A stretch of 64,000 nt of DNA from Octopus vulgaris (lineage: Eukaryota), in the NCBI GenBank assembly GCA_951406725.2, contig OX597815.1, positions 188,914,001 through 188,978,000 of the forward strand, read 5' to 3'. The position numbers were made by a program, and so were the translations under genes. Of this stretch, positions 26,396 to 40,157 are shown piece by piece. The notes below the pieces were generated by a model. The model searched no databases, had not been told where the DNA came from, and saw nothing but the letters and a program-made list of their open reading frames with translations. The number at the start of each line of letters is the position of its first letter. The first letter of the stretch is position 1.

Positions 26396-27884
26396 TACAA
26401 ATCTCTTGAAGGAAATATTCTAAAACAACAGGGAATAGATATTCTAGATACTGTTTAACTGGAATTAGATCTGTTTGTTGTCCCTATGTATGAAGTCTTA
26501 TTTGTTTGTACGAGTTCTTGATAAGAATAACATTTATTTTGCTTAAACTACTTATCTATTGAAGTCGAAAAATAGGACGCAAGGCAATGGTACTGCACTT
26601 GAGATACTTTCGTTCCATTCTCCCATGGCAAAGTCATTAAATAAGTGATATTTATTGTTTTTCTAATTCTACATTCTCTCACACACTTCCACACTTACAT
26701 ACATTTATACATAAATGCATTTGGACAATTAAAAGATATAAAATTATGTATTTTTTGCTTTTTTGCTGGAATTTATGTATAGCTAACATTGGTGTAAACT
26801 TTGATAAAAATGTTCTGGAGAAGTAATACTCTATTTGCTTTACTCTAATAAATCTGGTTCTTTTGTGCCATTTGTGTCACAATTTGAATGGCAAATATTT
26901 AATGAACTGCTTCAGTTTTAGTTACTTGTTATTTTTGAATGAATATCATAGGTTATTACAAAGTGTGGTAAACAGTATTACTTATCCGAAAATAAATATT
27001 TGGTATGATAAAGAACTAAAAGAATGATGCTAGAGAATGTCTGGAGATGTTAGTAATTGGAACCTAGATTTGACAGATGTACAAAAAAAAATGGTTTTAA
27101 AATTTTTTCAAAAAAAAAAAAAAAATAATAATGATAATAATAAATAAATAAATAAATAAATAAATAAAAAAGAAGAATAAAAACTGATAGATATCATAAA
27201 TTATTTTGCTCCACCTTTGAGAATAAGTAAGTTAACCAAGAGAATGAACTTTGTTGCTTGCTGTTCTGAAACGATTTTTCAACTAACAAAATTCTCATTA
27301 TTTAAAAAGAAACAGAAATCAATTCAGAAATATGGCAACCATTTCAATATTGATTTTTATCATGAGAGATATTTATTTTGGTTATATGTTAGATTAATCA
27401 GAAATGCATGATTTAGTACAATGAAAACTGTTCTGAAAATACACATCAATGCCATCATGAAACTAAATGTAGAATGTTGGACAGCTGTATATATGAACGG
27501 AATTGATTTATTGTGATTTCACCACCACATACAAATATTCATGCATTGTAAGCTGATATAAATAATGTATAAATGTAGAATAACAAGAGAGCAATGCAAA
27601 GAGTCACTAAAGATTGCAAAATGAGTGAATAAGTGCAAAGAACTTCTAATTTAAATGTCCCTTGTAGCAATACAGCAGTCAATTACACAAAGCATTTCTC
27701 TTTCAGCTGTAAACTCGGCAACATGATGGCTTCCTACTAAACAAGAATATAATTAATTACTATGTATACAAATATAATTATATTTGTGTGCACGCATGTA
27801 TGTGTCTGTATGTATATGTGTGTGTGTATATATGTGTGTGAATGTATATGTGTGTGTATGTATATGTGTGTGTGTATATATATA

Positions 27885-28115
27885 AGGCGGCGAGCTGGCA
27901 GAAACGTTAGCACACCGGGCGAAATGCGTAGCCGCATTTCGTCTGCCGTTACATTCCGAGTTCAAATTCCGCCGAGGTCGACTTTACCTTTCATCCTTTC
28001 GGGGTCGATAAATTAAGTACCAGTTACGCACTGGGGTCGATATAATCAACTTAATCTGTTTGTCTGTCCTTGTTTGTCCTCTCTGTGTTTAGCCCCTTGT
28101 GGGTAGTAAAGAAAT
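27885..28115 (+). mobile_element. SINE A, near-consensus single copy
   Basis: Full head, core and tail between TA repeats. Confidence 0.9.
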
Positions 28116-28500
28116 ATATATATAATATATATATGACTGTATATGTATATATATGTGGTTTTATGTATGTGCATACGCATACGTATTTGTGTATGTATAT
28201 GCGTGAGTGTATATATATAATATATATATGACTGTATATGTATATATATGTGGTTTTATGTATGTGCATACGCATAAGTATTTGTGTGTATGTATATGTG
28301 TGTGTGTATATATATATATAATATATATATGACTGTATATGTATATATATGTGGTTTTATGTATGTGCATACGCATAAGTATTTGTGTGTATGTATATGT
28401 GTGTGTGTATATATATATGTGTGTGTGTATATATATATATAATATATATATGACTGTATATGTATATATATGCGGTTTTATGTATGTGCATATGCATAAG
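28116..28500. repeat. ~95-120 bp minisatellite, about 4 units
   Basis: Repeats of AATATATATATGACTGTATATGTATATATATGTGGTTTTATGTATGTGCATACGCATA. Confidence 0.9.
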
Positions 28501-28997
28501 TAGTTATGTATGCATGTGTATATATAAAGTCAGCGAATATTTCTTGTAAGTATTCTTGCTGAAAATTTTAAAAAAGTAAATATAAATGGAATTTAAAGAT
28601 GTAGGTTAAATTAGCTTGCATTCCTGTCATCAAGTGATAAAAATGTCTGACAGGGAAATGCTTGTATGCATACTTCTACATCACATTGGGTTTATTAAAT
28701 AATTTCGTTTAGATTATTTACAAAATTTGTTAGAATATGAAGATAAATATTATCTTCCAATCCTTAAACAATTTATGATAATGTAAAAGATACAAAAACT
28801 ATAATACTTAATACTTAGCTTAACAGATTAATATGTTCACTAATTAGCACTGTGAATTAACGAATATTGTGCATCATTGTTATTATAAATGTATGGATGT
28901 TATTAGAAATAGCAGTAACAATGATGATTATTTTTCTAGCCTTCTTCAAAATGAGTGACCATTGTTTCTATTAAAATTCTATTTATTAAAGATATAA

Positions 28998-29136
28998 TAG
29001 GCACTGGAGTGCTTACCAACTAGATGGTTCTGGGTTCAATCCCACTGCGTGGCACCTTGTACAAGTGTCTTCTACTGTAGCCTTGGGCTGACCAAAGCCC
29101 TGTGAGTGGATTTGGTTGATAGAAATTGAAAGAAGC

Positions 29137-29175
<39 letters not shown>

Positions 29176-29835
29176 TTTTCTACTTTAGGCACAAGGCCTG
29201 GAATTTTGGGGGAGGAGGCCAGTGATTAGATCGACCTCAGTACACAGCTGGTATGCAATTTATCGACTTTGAAAGGATGAAAGGCAAAGTCGACCTTGGT
29301 GGAATTTGAACTCAGAATGTAAAGATAGACGAAATACCACTAAGCATTTTGCCTGGTGTGCTAATGTTTCTGCCTGCTCGTTGCCTTTATTTACTTATAT
29401 ATATAATCCCAAAAATCAGAGAAAAAACACAATGAGAAAAAGCAACAATGTGAGTACGTGATACATGCAAAATATTAAAAGATGCTCAGGAAAGGAAAGA
29501 AAGGGTGCTTTACATTTCGAGCAAAGTTCTTCTTCTGAAACAGGAAGCAGGGAAAGTCCAAGTGAAGAGGAAGCTGGGGGGAAAAAGCACCAACAATTCT
29601 CATGTAGTTATGCATATATATTTGTGTGTGTGTGTCTGCGTTTTTCTCCCACCATCACTTGATTACTAATGTTGGTGTGTTTACATCCCCGTAACTTACT
29701 GGTTCGGCAAAAGGGACCGATAGAATAAGTACTAGGCTTACAAAGAATAAGTCCTGGAGTCAATTAGTTTGACTAAAGGTGGTGCTCCACCATGGCCACA
29801 GTTAAATGACTGAAACAAGTAAAAGAATGAAAGAA
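28998..29835 (+). mobile_element. SINE B whose internal TA repeat carries SINE A (-, 29173-29387) and a PLE-LTR-like piece (-, about 29405-29610)
   Basis: B head 28998-29140, B tail 29625-29835; inserts recognisable by similarity to other copies. Confidence 0.8.
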
Positions 29836-30330
29836 TTTGAAAGGATCCATACTGTAGTAAGTGGAAATAAACAGGAAAAATATATGGTGTACCTGCTCCA
29901 TAGTTATTTGCTGAAATTAAATATATACCATCAACCTTTCTTATTTAATTAATTTCTAATGAGCCCTAGAAGAAATGCATTTTTTTTCTTTCAAATATCC
30001 AATTATCCTACAAGTTTTGTTATAATTTGTTCTTAGCAATGTGGAGAATTATGGGAAAATTATGGTAGCTCAGTTTATGAACTCAAAGAGTTTTGCTGAA
30101 ATATTCATTTTGGAAAGAAAGAATTTTTTAGAATAATAGATTATATGGGTTATTATGGTTTACTGTAAGAATTGGAGCTGAAACAATAGAATTTCAAAAT
30201 ATTTATCTGGATTAAATTACAGTTTTATATTTTCATCAGAGAGGTAACGAAACCATTAGCATGCCAGACAAAATGATTAACAGCATGATTAGCAGCATGT
30301 TGTCCATTCATACACACACACACATACACA

Positions 30331-30389
<59 letters not shown>

Positions 30390-30820
30390 TCGTGCATATA
30401 TATATATATATATTTACATTCATATATATATTATACATACACATATATATATACATATATATATATACAATAATCACTCACTCTATTGTGGTTCACCTAT
30501 CACACCCTCAGTACATCACAGATTTTTCTGGCTAATATATGCAAATTTATGAGGGTGGCAAGCTGGCAGAATTGTTAGCACACCAAATGAAATGCTTAGT
30601 GGTATTCCATCTGCCATTACGTTCTGAGTTCAAATTCTGCTGAAGTCGGCTTTGCCTTTCATCCTTTCAGGATCGATTAAATAAGTACAAATTTTTTTGG
30701 TGGAATTTGAACTCAGGATGTAAAGACAGGTAAAATGCTGCTAAGAATTCTGCTAGTTCGCTGCTTTCTTAACTCATTGTATTACTGCCATCTTAGGAAA
30801 AAAGGGGACACACTTTAGAT

Positions 30821-31077
30821 CGGTGGTTCCCTCTCGGGGGCGATGGAAAGATCCAGGTGTGTGTTGAGGAAAAGTGGGATGATAACGGGGTGGCCAAAAT
30901 GGGGTGATAGATGTAAAAACAAAAAAATATTAATAGATTAATTAGGCTTAAGTTTTATTTGTGAAATACAGTTGTTTAGAAAGTGGTCTATATTTGTAGT
31001 GGGGAGGGGGAGGAGGCGTTAGGAATGTAGCCTGGGTACCAAGGGGGTGGTAGCCTGAAAAAGTTTGGAAACTACTG
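30821..31077. mobile_element. hAT (Charlie-like) MITE
   Basis: 8-bp TSD CTTTAGAT at 30813-30820 and 31078-31085; termini CGGTGGTTCCC / GGAAACTACTG. Confidence 0.85.
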
Positions 31078-31195
31078 CTTTAGATAGTTGTTCTTGATGT
31101 ATTAGTTGAAAATAAAGTGTAACATTCATGGTTAGACCTCAGTATACTTAATTACAATCAACCTTGGGCTAAATAGCTAATAATTTCTTTTATAT

Positions 31196-31418
31196 ATTTC
31201 TTTATTACCCACAAGGGGCTAAACATAGAGGGGACAAACAAGGACAAAGTATTAAGTCGATTATATCGACCCCAGTGCGTAACTGGTACTTAATTTATCG
31301 ACCCCGAAAGGATGAAAGGCAAAGTCGACCTCGGCGGAATTTGAACTCAGAACATAACAGCAGACGAAATACGGCTACGCATTTCGCCTGGTGTGCTAAC
31401 GTTTCTGCCAGCTCGCCT
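31196..31418 (-). mobile_element. SINE A
   Basis: Near-consensus full copy. Confidence 0.85.
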
Positions 31419-31902
31419 ATAGCAATCCCTACCAAGAGTGAAGGTTAAAATAGACAAATCATGATGAGACCACTAAAAATCACAGTTCTATGTTTTCCTC
31501 TCTTCTGTCAAGAATACTATTGTGTTGATAGAATAATTAGAATGGCAAAGAGTCATTCTGTCCTCTTACATCAAATAATTTATTATAATTCTTTTATAAA
31601 AACAGAAGAACAAAAGATATTATTAATGGATGATGCAAGAAACAGATGGTTGTTTTAAAGCCTTATCAGCTGGAATATGTATGATGTTATATAAGTAGGA
31701 ATTGGATATTCATTGAGCAATAAATGAAAGTATTAAAACTTACTCTAAGAATCAATATGTTTTGAATGATACTTATCAAATCTGAATGCAAATGAAGGAA
31801 AAAATATGTTTTATGGACAACGAATGTAACGATATTAATTATTTATAGAAAAAAGAAAAAAGAAAATAATTAGAATTATTTTTTTTTTGTACCCATGACC
31901 CA

Positions 31903-32322
31903 TAGGCGCAGGAGTGGCTGTGTGGTAAGTAGCTTGCTTACCAACCACATGGTTCCGGGTTCAGTCCCACTGCATGGCACTTTGGGCAAGTGTCTTCTGC
32001 TATAGCCTCGAGCTGACCAAAGCCTTGTGAGTGGATTTGGTAGAGGGAAACTGAAAGAAGCCTGTCGTATATATGTATATGTATATGTATATGTATGTGT
32101 GTGTATGTGTTTATGTGTTTGTGTTTGTCCCATCAACATCACTTGACAACCGATGGTGGTGTGTTTACGTTCCCCGTAACTTAGCAGTTCGGCAAAAATG
32201 ACTGATAGAATAAAGTACTATTCTTACAAAGAATAAGTCCTGGGGTCGATTTGTTTGACTAAAGGTGGTGCTCCAGCATGGCTACAGTCAAAATGACTGA
32301 AACAAGTAAAAGAGTAAAAGAA
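31903..32322 (+). mobile_element. SINE B, full-length reference copy (tRNA head, CORE-like TTGGGCAAGTGTCTT, internal microsatellite, TAAAAGAG tail)
   Basis: TGGCTGTGTGG A box and GGTTCAGTCCC B box; many related copies in the window. Confidence 0.9.
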
Positions 32323-32984
32323 TGACAGAAGTATTGGATTTTTCAATTGGAAATAATGCCAATGGATTTAAGTGAACTTCATGAAAATATCTTGCAAGGC
32401 TGTGAGTTAAAGTTCAGGGTTAAACCAGGAACATTTCATCTCTCCCAAAGTTTGCTGTGAAAATCTGCTGGTGATAGTCTGATAACGAATACAACCGTTT
32501 TCTTCAAAATTAATCTTCAATTCATATGTGAAACAGAAACAGAATTTAAATGAGCTCGATATAGTTCAACATTAATAAGAGAAACCATGATATGAAAAAG
32601 AAAATTTGAAGGAAATGTCCCTTGTGACATTATAAATGGTATTTCAAATAATCTAAATGTTCTCTATCTCTTGGGAAATATTTCTAATTGTCATTTAGCA
32701 AATCGTATTTTCTTTTATGGAATTATAGATTGAGTAAATCAAAGCAATATTTTTATTTATTTTAATTATCTACAGTCTTCTGAAGAACCTATCTAAGATA
32801 GTTTCTTTAAAAACAGTTATTCAATATAAAATCTGTGGAATATATGCATATAAGAATAATATTTCTGAATTTTATTACATATCATAAGATGTAATATAAT
32901 TGACGTGAATACATGCTCATCATTATTTATGAGAAGAAATAAAATGCTAATGTCTTTGGTTCAATAATATTAAATGAAACTAAA

Positions 32985-33750
32985 GTGGTGAGCTAACAGA
33001 ATCATTGACACACCAGGCAAAGTGCTTTGTGCCATTCCATCTATCTTCGTGTTCTGAGTTCAAATTCTGCTGAGGTAGGCTTTGCTTTTCATCTTTTCGA
33101 GGTAGATAAAATAAGTACCAGTTGAACACTGGGGTCGATGTAATTGATGTAACGATAAAAAAAAAACGTCGCCCTTTTCAAGCCTAGCCAGGCTCATGGG
33201 CCCGGTTTCCCGGTTTCTGTGGTGTATGTGTTCCCCCCAGCTGAATGGAATGCCAGTCCATCGCAGCTTTACTCAAGAAATAGGAAGAGAGGGTGAGAGA
33301 AAGTTGTGGCAAAAGAGTACAACAGAGGTCGCCACCACCCCCTGCCAGAGCCTCGTGGAGCTTTTAGGTGTTTTCACTCAATAAACACACACAACACCCG
33401 GTCTGGGAATTGAAACCGCGATCTTCAGACCACGAGTCCACTGCCCTAACCACTGGCCCGTTGTGCCTCCACAAATTGACTTAACACCTTCCCCGAAATT
33501 GCCAAAATTTGAAATCAATATTAAATGAAACTAAGGGCTGTGAGCCAGCAGACTCATTAATGGTTCAACCAAATGTTTAGCCTCATTTCGTTTGTCATTA
33601 TGTTCTGAGTTCAAATTCTGTAAAGGTCAACTTTGCCTTTCATACTTTCGAGGTCAATAGAATAAGCACCAGTTGAATGCTGGGGTTGGTGCGATCGATT
33701 TATCCCCACCCCAAAATTGTTGGCCTGGTGCAAAAATTTGAAACCAATAT
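32985..33750. mobile_element. SINE A (tail variant 3) interrupted by SINE C (-, 33165-33473), then a second SINE A
   Basis: A body 32985-33150 resumes at about 33475; tail GGCCTGGTGCAAAAATTTGAAACCAATA. Confidence 0.75.
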
Positions 33751-33963
33751 CAAATGAAACTATGATTACAGTTTTCTTTATCTTATCCAAAATAAGAGTA
33801 TTGCTTTTGAAAAAGAGAGACAAAGCCATTTATCGATATGTAAAGATAGTCAAAGTGACTGAATATTCCATTAATTAAAACTTATTTGAAGTCTTAAGAT
33901 GTGATAATGAAATAAAATTTTTTTGTACATTTATTTTGTTGCTTCCAAATTCTGGCAACATCT

Positions 33964-33965
<2 letters not shown>

Positions 33966-34034
<69 letters not shown>

Positions 34035-35100
34035 TATTTAACGTCCACTTTCCATGCTAGCACGGTTTGGATGGTTTGATTGAGGACTGGCAAGTCAGGA
34101 GGCTGCACCAGGCTCCAATCTGATCTGGCAATATTACTACAACTGGATGCACTTCCTAACACTGACCACTCCGAGAGTGTAGTGGGTGCTTTTAACATTC
34201 CACCGGCATGGGAGCCAGTCAGGCAGGCCTGGCATTGACCACGTTTGGATGGTGCTTTTTACATGCCACTGGCATGGGAGCCAATCAGCATTGACCACGT
34301 TCAGATGGTGTTTTTTATGTGCCACTGGCATGGAAGCCAGTCGGGGACACTAGCATTGACCACGTTCAGGTGGTGCTTTTTACGTGCCACCTGCATGGGA
34401 GCCAGTCGGATGGCACTGGCATCAACCCATACTCGAATGGTACTTATGTATTTGACTAACCATAATTTGCAATACTTGAATTAGTCTAAGCTCAAACAAT
34501 ATGTTTTATCTTGTTCAACTCATTGGAATGCAGCCCATGCTGGGGCACCACCTTTAAAAGTTAAGTTGAACGAATTGATTCCAGTACTTATTTTAAAACC
34601 TATTGCTTTTTCTGTTAGTCTGCTCTATCAAACTGTAAAATTAAGGGATCTAAGCAATACATATTGTCAAGCAGTGATGGAGGTATGGTTATATATAAAT
34701 ACTGCCCCCCACACCACACACACATATATGTTGGCGGAAAATCACCCATTACACCCTCGGAGTGTTTGGCATTAGGAAGGGCATCCAGCCATAGAAACCA
34801 AGCCAAATCAGACTGGAGTCTGGTGCAGCTCTCAGAGTTACTAGTTCCAGTCAAACTGTCTGACCCATGCCAGGTTAAATGATGATGATGATGATGATGA
34901 TGATCACACACACACACATAGATGTGTATGTGTGTGATGGGATTCCTTTCAGTTTCTGTCTCTGTCTACCAAATCGACTTACAAGCCATTTGTTAGCCCG
35001 GGGTTATAGCGGACACTTGCTCAAGGTGCTATGCAGTGAGACTGAATCCAAGACTGCATAGTTCAGAAGCAATCTCCTTAACCCCACAGCCGTGCCTGCA
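33966..35100. mobile_element. Cluster: family D (-, 34035-34450), SINE B (-, 34510-35100) interrupted by family D (+, 34730-34905)
   Basis: Family motifs and (CAT)n/(GAT)n tails. Confidence 0.7.
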
Positions 35101-35112
35101 ACTTATAAAAGA

Positions 35113-35235
35113 AAGCTACTTACAGTTCCTAGGTTTCCCAGGCTGTCACCCATCTAAGTACTAACTGGGCTTGACATTGTTTAACTTTAGTGATTGGATG
35201 AGAACTGGTATTTTCAACATGATATTACCATAAGC
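35113..35235 (-). pseudogene. 5S rRNA: 5S rRNA pseudogene
   Basis: Minus strand GCTTATGGTAATATCATGTTGAAAATACCAGTTCTCATCCAATCACTAAAGTTAAACAATGTCAAGCCCAGTTAGTACTTAGATGGGTGACAGCCTGGGAA...; colinear with metazoan 5S over its length, with CpGs decayed to TG/CA. Confidence 0.9.
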
Positions 35236-35513
35236 CATATCATATTTACCTTACATCCCTCCAGGGATCAATTTATGCTGCACTCTACCAAAACCAATAT
35301 TATTAATACATGTAAGATACTATAGGCTGATATCTCGTCTTATAAACTTCTCCCTTGCCTATGAAAGGAATTCATTATAATATCCATTTTGCAATGATTC
35401 TGATTTAGAATTTTCGATAAATAAACTGCATACATGTAATTTATACCCTCCAAAACTCTGCAACCACTAATCGATCATTAAACTTAACCAGGGAGTCATT
35501 TTACTTTGAACAA

Positions 35514-35906
35514 TCTCTATATATATAAAGTTGAAGTTGTCTGTGTATGGCAGGTTTGGTAGCCTTCAACTAACACTATCTCCTCCGAGACCCTGTGGCG
35601 CAAGTTGACCAAAATTGAGAGTATGATAGAAGAAGGCTTGCTCTTCATTCCGTAGAAGGAAAAATTCAAATCGGACCATGTTAACACCAAAAATTATTTA
35701 CATCAAAAAGGTGCTTTTTAACTATGAAAAGCCCTATTTTTTATGATATTTTGACTGCTGTGTTGCCATTTTTTGGTGTATTTCAACCAGAAAAAATGTT
35801 CACTTAAAGAGAATAACAAGCTACATAATGCAAAATTTTTACTTTTCAAAAATTCCAATTCTAAAGGTTCGAAACAAATCCGAGCAACGCCGGGCAGTAC
35901 TGCTAG
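35514..35906 (+). mobile_element. Non-autonomous Helitron (copy 2)
   Basis: A|TC ... CCGAGCAACGCCGGG...CTAG|T; highly similar to 14241-14637. Confidence 0.85.
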
Positions 35907-36800
35907 TTGAATATTACAGACAAAAAATACAGAGAAGTAAATGTTACGTAGTCTTTAATATATGTAAACATATGCCACGTAATAATGCTTAAATGGAATG
36001 CCATTCAAAATGTAATTTTGATGTGAAAAGAAAAAGGAACAAAAGAGGATAATATTTTGATTTAACCTTATAATACTTCTATATTTCTTCTTATAATCTG
36101 CTTTCCTTTCTGTCTTCAGATCAATAAAGATCCTTTATGCCACACAACTTATACTGAATAGAATATGGTTCAACAGGAAAAGGGGAAACAATATCAATAC
36201 ACGAAATAGGCATTTCATAAAATTAATTCCATTGCTCAACCAAGTTTAATATCTCTATTTTGGTAGAAGAGCTTGCATCTGTTAAAATCTCTGCATAAAC
36301 AATAAGCTAGTGACTGACATAGCATAACTTTCGTCTATAGATTAATTCCTACATTTATTATGAGAATTCTTGACCATAGATTTATCTTTTCATGAATATC
36401 ATAATAAAATATAAGATTTAATAAAGTATCAAATTGAAATGTTTGTATTAATTTACCAGTAACATTTTAAGTATTATTGCTAAATTTGCCTCCAAATAGA
36501 AAACCATAAAACATTTATTAATAAAACTTTCGTAAAAGATAGTTAAAATTAAAAGATGGAAAATGTGTAAATGTATTTTATACTGCTGGCCAATATGATA
36601 TGATTTCATATCTACTGCAGGCATCTCATTGTATTCTCTGTCAAACTATTCCATTTCGGTGTGCACTGACAGGCTCAACTCACAACACACCTTTGACCTA
36701 TACTGTTCTACACCATGTTTTGACTTCCATACAGTTCATCTGGCTGTCAGAAAAACATACCAGTACTTCTGGGAATACTCTTAGGTATTTCAGGGAGGAA

Positions 36801-37770
36801 GGGCGGTGAGTTGACAGAAACGTTAGCATCCTGGGCGAAATGCTTAGTGGTATTTCATCTGCTGCTACGTAACTGAGTTCAAATTCTGCCGAGGTCGACT
36901 TTGCCTTTCATCCTTTCGGGGTTGATTAAATAAGTACCAGTTACGCACTAGGGTCAATATAATTGACTTAATCCATTTGTCTGTCCTTGTTTGTCCTCTC
37001 TATGTTTAGCCCCTTGTGGGCAGTAAAGAAATAGTTATTTTGTCTGCCACTACGTTCTGAGTTCAAATTCCACCGATGTCGACTTTGCCTTGTATCCTTT
37101 TCGGGGTCGATTAAATAAGTACCAGTTACGCACTGGGGTCAATATAATCGACTTAATCCGTTTGTCTGTCCTTGTTTGTCCACTCTGTGTTTAGCACCTT
37201 GTGGATAGTAAAGAGATAGGTATTTCATCTGCCGCTACGTTCTGAGTTTAAATTCCACCGAGATCGACTTTGCCTTTCATCCTTTCAGGGTCGATTAAAT
37301 AAGTACCTGTTACACACCGGGATTGATATAATCGACTTAATCTGTTTGTCTGTCCTTGTTTGTTCCCTCTGAATTTAAACCCTTGTGGGTAGTAAAGAAA
37401 TAGGTATTTCATCTGCTGCTACGTTCTGAGTTCAAATTCCGCCGAGATCGACTTTGCCTTTCATCCTTTTGGGGTCGATTAAATAAGTACCAGTTACGCA
37501 CTGGGGTCGATATAATCGACTTAATCCATTTGTCTGTCCTTGTTTGTCCCCTCTATGATTAGCCCCTTGTGGGTAGTAAAGAAATAGGTATTTCGTCTGC
37601 CGCTACGTTCTGAGTTCAAATTCCACTGAGGTCGACTTTGCCTTTCATCCTTTCGGGGTCAATTAAATATGTACCAGTTATGCACTGAGGTCAATATAAT
37701 CGACTTAATCTGTTTGTCTGTCCTTGTTTGTTCCCTCTGTGTTTAGCCCCTTGTGGGTAGTAAGGAAATA
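36801..37770 (+). mobile_element. SINE A array: one head plus five 184-185 bp bodies
   Basis: Units restart at about 36849, 37034, 37219, 37403 and 37587; flanked by TAGGTATTTC at 36782-36791 and 37769-37778. Confidence 0.92.
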
Positions 37771-38522
37771 GGTATTTCCAGGAGAGGTAACCTTTTAGAA
37801 AAAAGGCAACAGAAATGTACTTTAATATATCTTGGAACATACGGCACAAAAACGAGAGCAGTCATTATCATACTTTTATATGTATTCATTCGCCTTTGAT
37901 ATTTTCATCTAATAAATCTTTTTCACAATTGTTCAAGTCACAATACCTCAGAGGTTATGCTTGATGACTGGCAAGCGATTGCTTAGTTTTGAAATTAATA
38001 TATAATTTATATGCAATTTTAACTGACAACTCCAAATTCAAACCATACCACCACAAATCAATAGAGATAGCTTGGAAAAAAAATTTTTATCTTTGTAACA
38101 TATATATTCAAAGAATCAGTTTCTAGTTTATAAACTGTTTATCTTTTGATCATATCTAAGTGTTGATCTATTGGGCTCTATCTCTCTACCTCTCATCTTT
38201 TTTTTTATTAGAAGTTCACTCTAGGGCCACAATATTTCAGTGTGCTTTGAATGACCCACATTTCATTAACCCTTTTGTTACCATATTACTATAGAATTAT
38301 ACTGTTTTCTTCTTTGGTTCCTTTATTTGTTTCAGTCACCTTGAAGAATTTTTAGTTGACTGATTCAATTCCAGTGCTTACTTTTTTTTTTTAGACCCTG
38401 GTTCTTGTTTTTTATTGGTCTCGTTTGTCGAACTGCTGGATCACAGGGTGATGTAAACACATCAACATCAGTTATCAAAAATTGGTGGTGGGTGGGACAA
38501 ACACAGACACAAATGTGCACAT

Positions 38523-38580
<58 letters not shown>

Positions 38581-38640
38581 ACATGTATCATTCTGGCATC
38601 TCATCACCTTTAGATAGAATTTAATATTGAGATAAGAGTA

Positions 38641-38881
38641 AAGGCAGTGAGCTGACAGAATTGTTAGCATGCTGGGCGAAATACTTAGTGGTATTTCGTC
38701 TGTCTCTATGTTCTGAGTTCAAATGCTGCCAAGGTCAACTTTGCCTTTCATCCATTTTGGGGGTCGATAAAATAAATACCAGTTGAGTATTGGGATCAAT
38801 GACTCCTTCCTCTGAACTTGATGGCCTTCTGCCAAAATTTGAAACCATTATTACTATTATTATTATCATTATAATTATTGC

Positions 38882-38933
<52 letters not shown>

Positions 38934-38942
38934 GTTATTATT

Positions 38943-39031
<89 letters not shown>

Positions 39032-39242
39032 CAAGGTGGCGAGCTGGCAGAATTGCTAGGGTGCTGAGCAAAATGCTTTGTCTGTCTCTATGTTCTGAGT
39101 TCAAATTCCACTAAGGATGACCACTTTTTATACTTTCAGGGTTGATAAAATAATTTTCAGTTGAACATTGGAATTAATGCAATCAACTTACCTTCTCCAC
39201 CTAAAATTGCTGGCTTTGTGCCAAAATTTGAAACACCGATAT
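38641..39242 (+). mobile_element. Two SINE A (tail 3) copies separated by (TTA)n/(TTG)n
   Basis: Heads at about 38641 and 39034. Confidence 0.75.
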
Positions 39243-39547
39243 TAAGAAAGAAATTACTGGAAGTGCTGTGATTATCCATTTTTGGCTTCTCACACAGTTA
39301 TTTGAAAATACTCTTTGTTTGTCATGTATAAAATGAAGCTAACTTTTTAAATATATTTATATATATAAAAACAAAACTAGTTTTAATGTTTTAAAGATTA
39401 AGCTGTGACTGATTGAAATATAAATTTGTACACATAATTTTGAAATAAGTATGTGCAGGAATACAAAGAACATCACAAAAGAGAATGGAACTAAAATGCT
39501 GTGACTGACAGAGATAAGAGAACAAGTCAGTGGATGATGAAAGACAT

Positions 39548-39683
39548 CTTACCTTATTTACATTTGACGGATATTTGTCTTCATCTTGTTTGTTGTTAAC
39601 ACATTTCAGCTGATATACCCTCCAGCCTTCATCAGGTGTCTTGGGGAAATTTTGAACTTGGGTTCTCATTCCTAAGGTATTCT
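39548..39683 (-). mobile_element. PLE-LTR-like fragment with degenerate hammerhead
   Basis: Minus strand ACAC-CUGAUGA-A-GGCUG(10)CAGCU-GAAA-U-GUGU. Confidence 0.55.
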
Positions 39684-39734
39684 TCTCTCTTCTTCTTCTT
39701 CTTCTTCTTCTTCTTCTTCTTCTTCTTCTTCTTC

Positions 39735-39816
<82 letters not shown>

Positions 39817-39817
<1 letters not shown>

Positions 39818-40114
39818 TATGTTTGACTTTTGCTTTATATTTGTACAAGTTGGCTCCAAGTCTCACCCAGAGACCTCAAGAGACAACAGGTTGGAAGTTC
39901 ACGTTGTTGTTATGCCTAGTGTGCCATATATATATATATTTTTTTGGTGTTGTACTAGTGAATGTCTAAAAAAAAAGAAAAAGAAAAAGAAAAAAAAAGG
40001 AAAACCGAAAAGTATGTTTGTTTTAAACCTTGAGATTACATAGAAAGTATTTTGTGTAGGATATGAGCAGTTCCCATGAGCACTATCTTTTGAATTTTTG
40101 CCATTTTGAGGTTT

Positions 40115-40117
<3 letters not shown>
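39817..40117 (-). mobile_element. 3' end of an R4/Dong-type non-LTR retrotransposon in a (TAA)n array
   Basis: Minus strand encodes ENLKMAKIQKIVLMGTAHILHKILSM*, resembling the QK..L.GTA.IL..VL C-terminus of RLE-type elements; (TTA)n on both sides. Confidence 0.75.

Positions 40118-40157
<40 letters not shown>

Noticed and set aside
36801-37770. CRISPR-like regular array
   Set aside because: Units are whole 184-bp SINE bodies with no unique spacers; eukaryotic context and no cas genes
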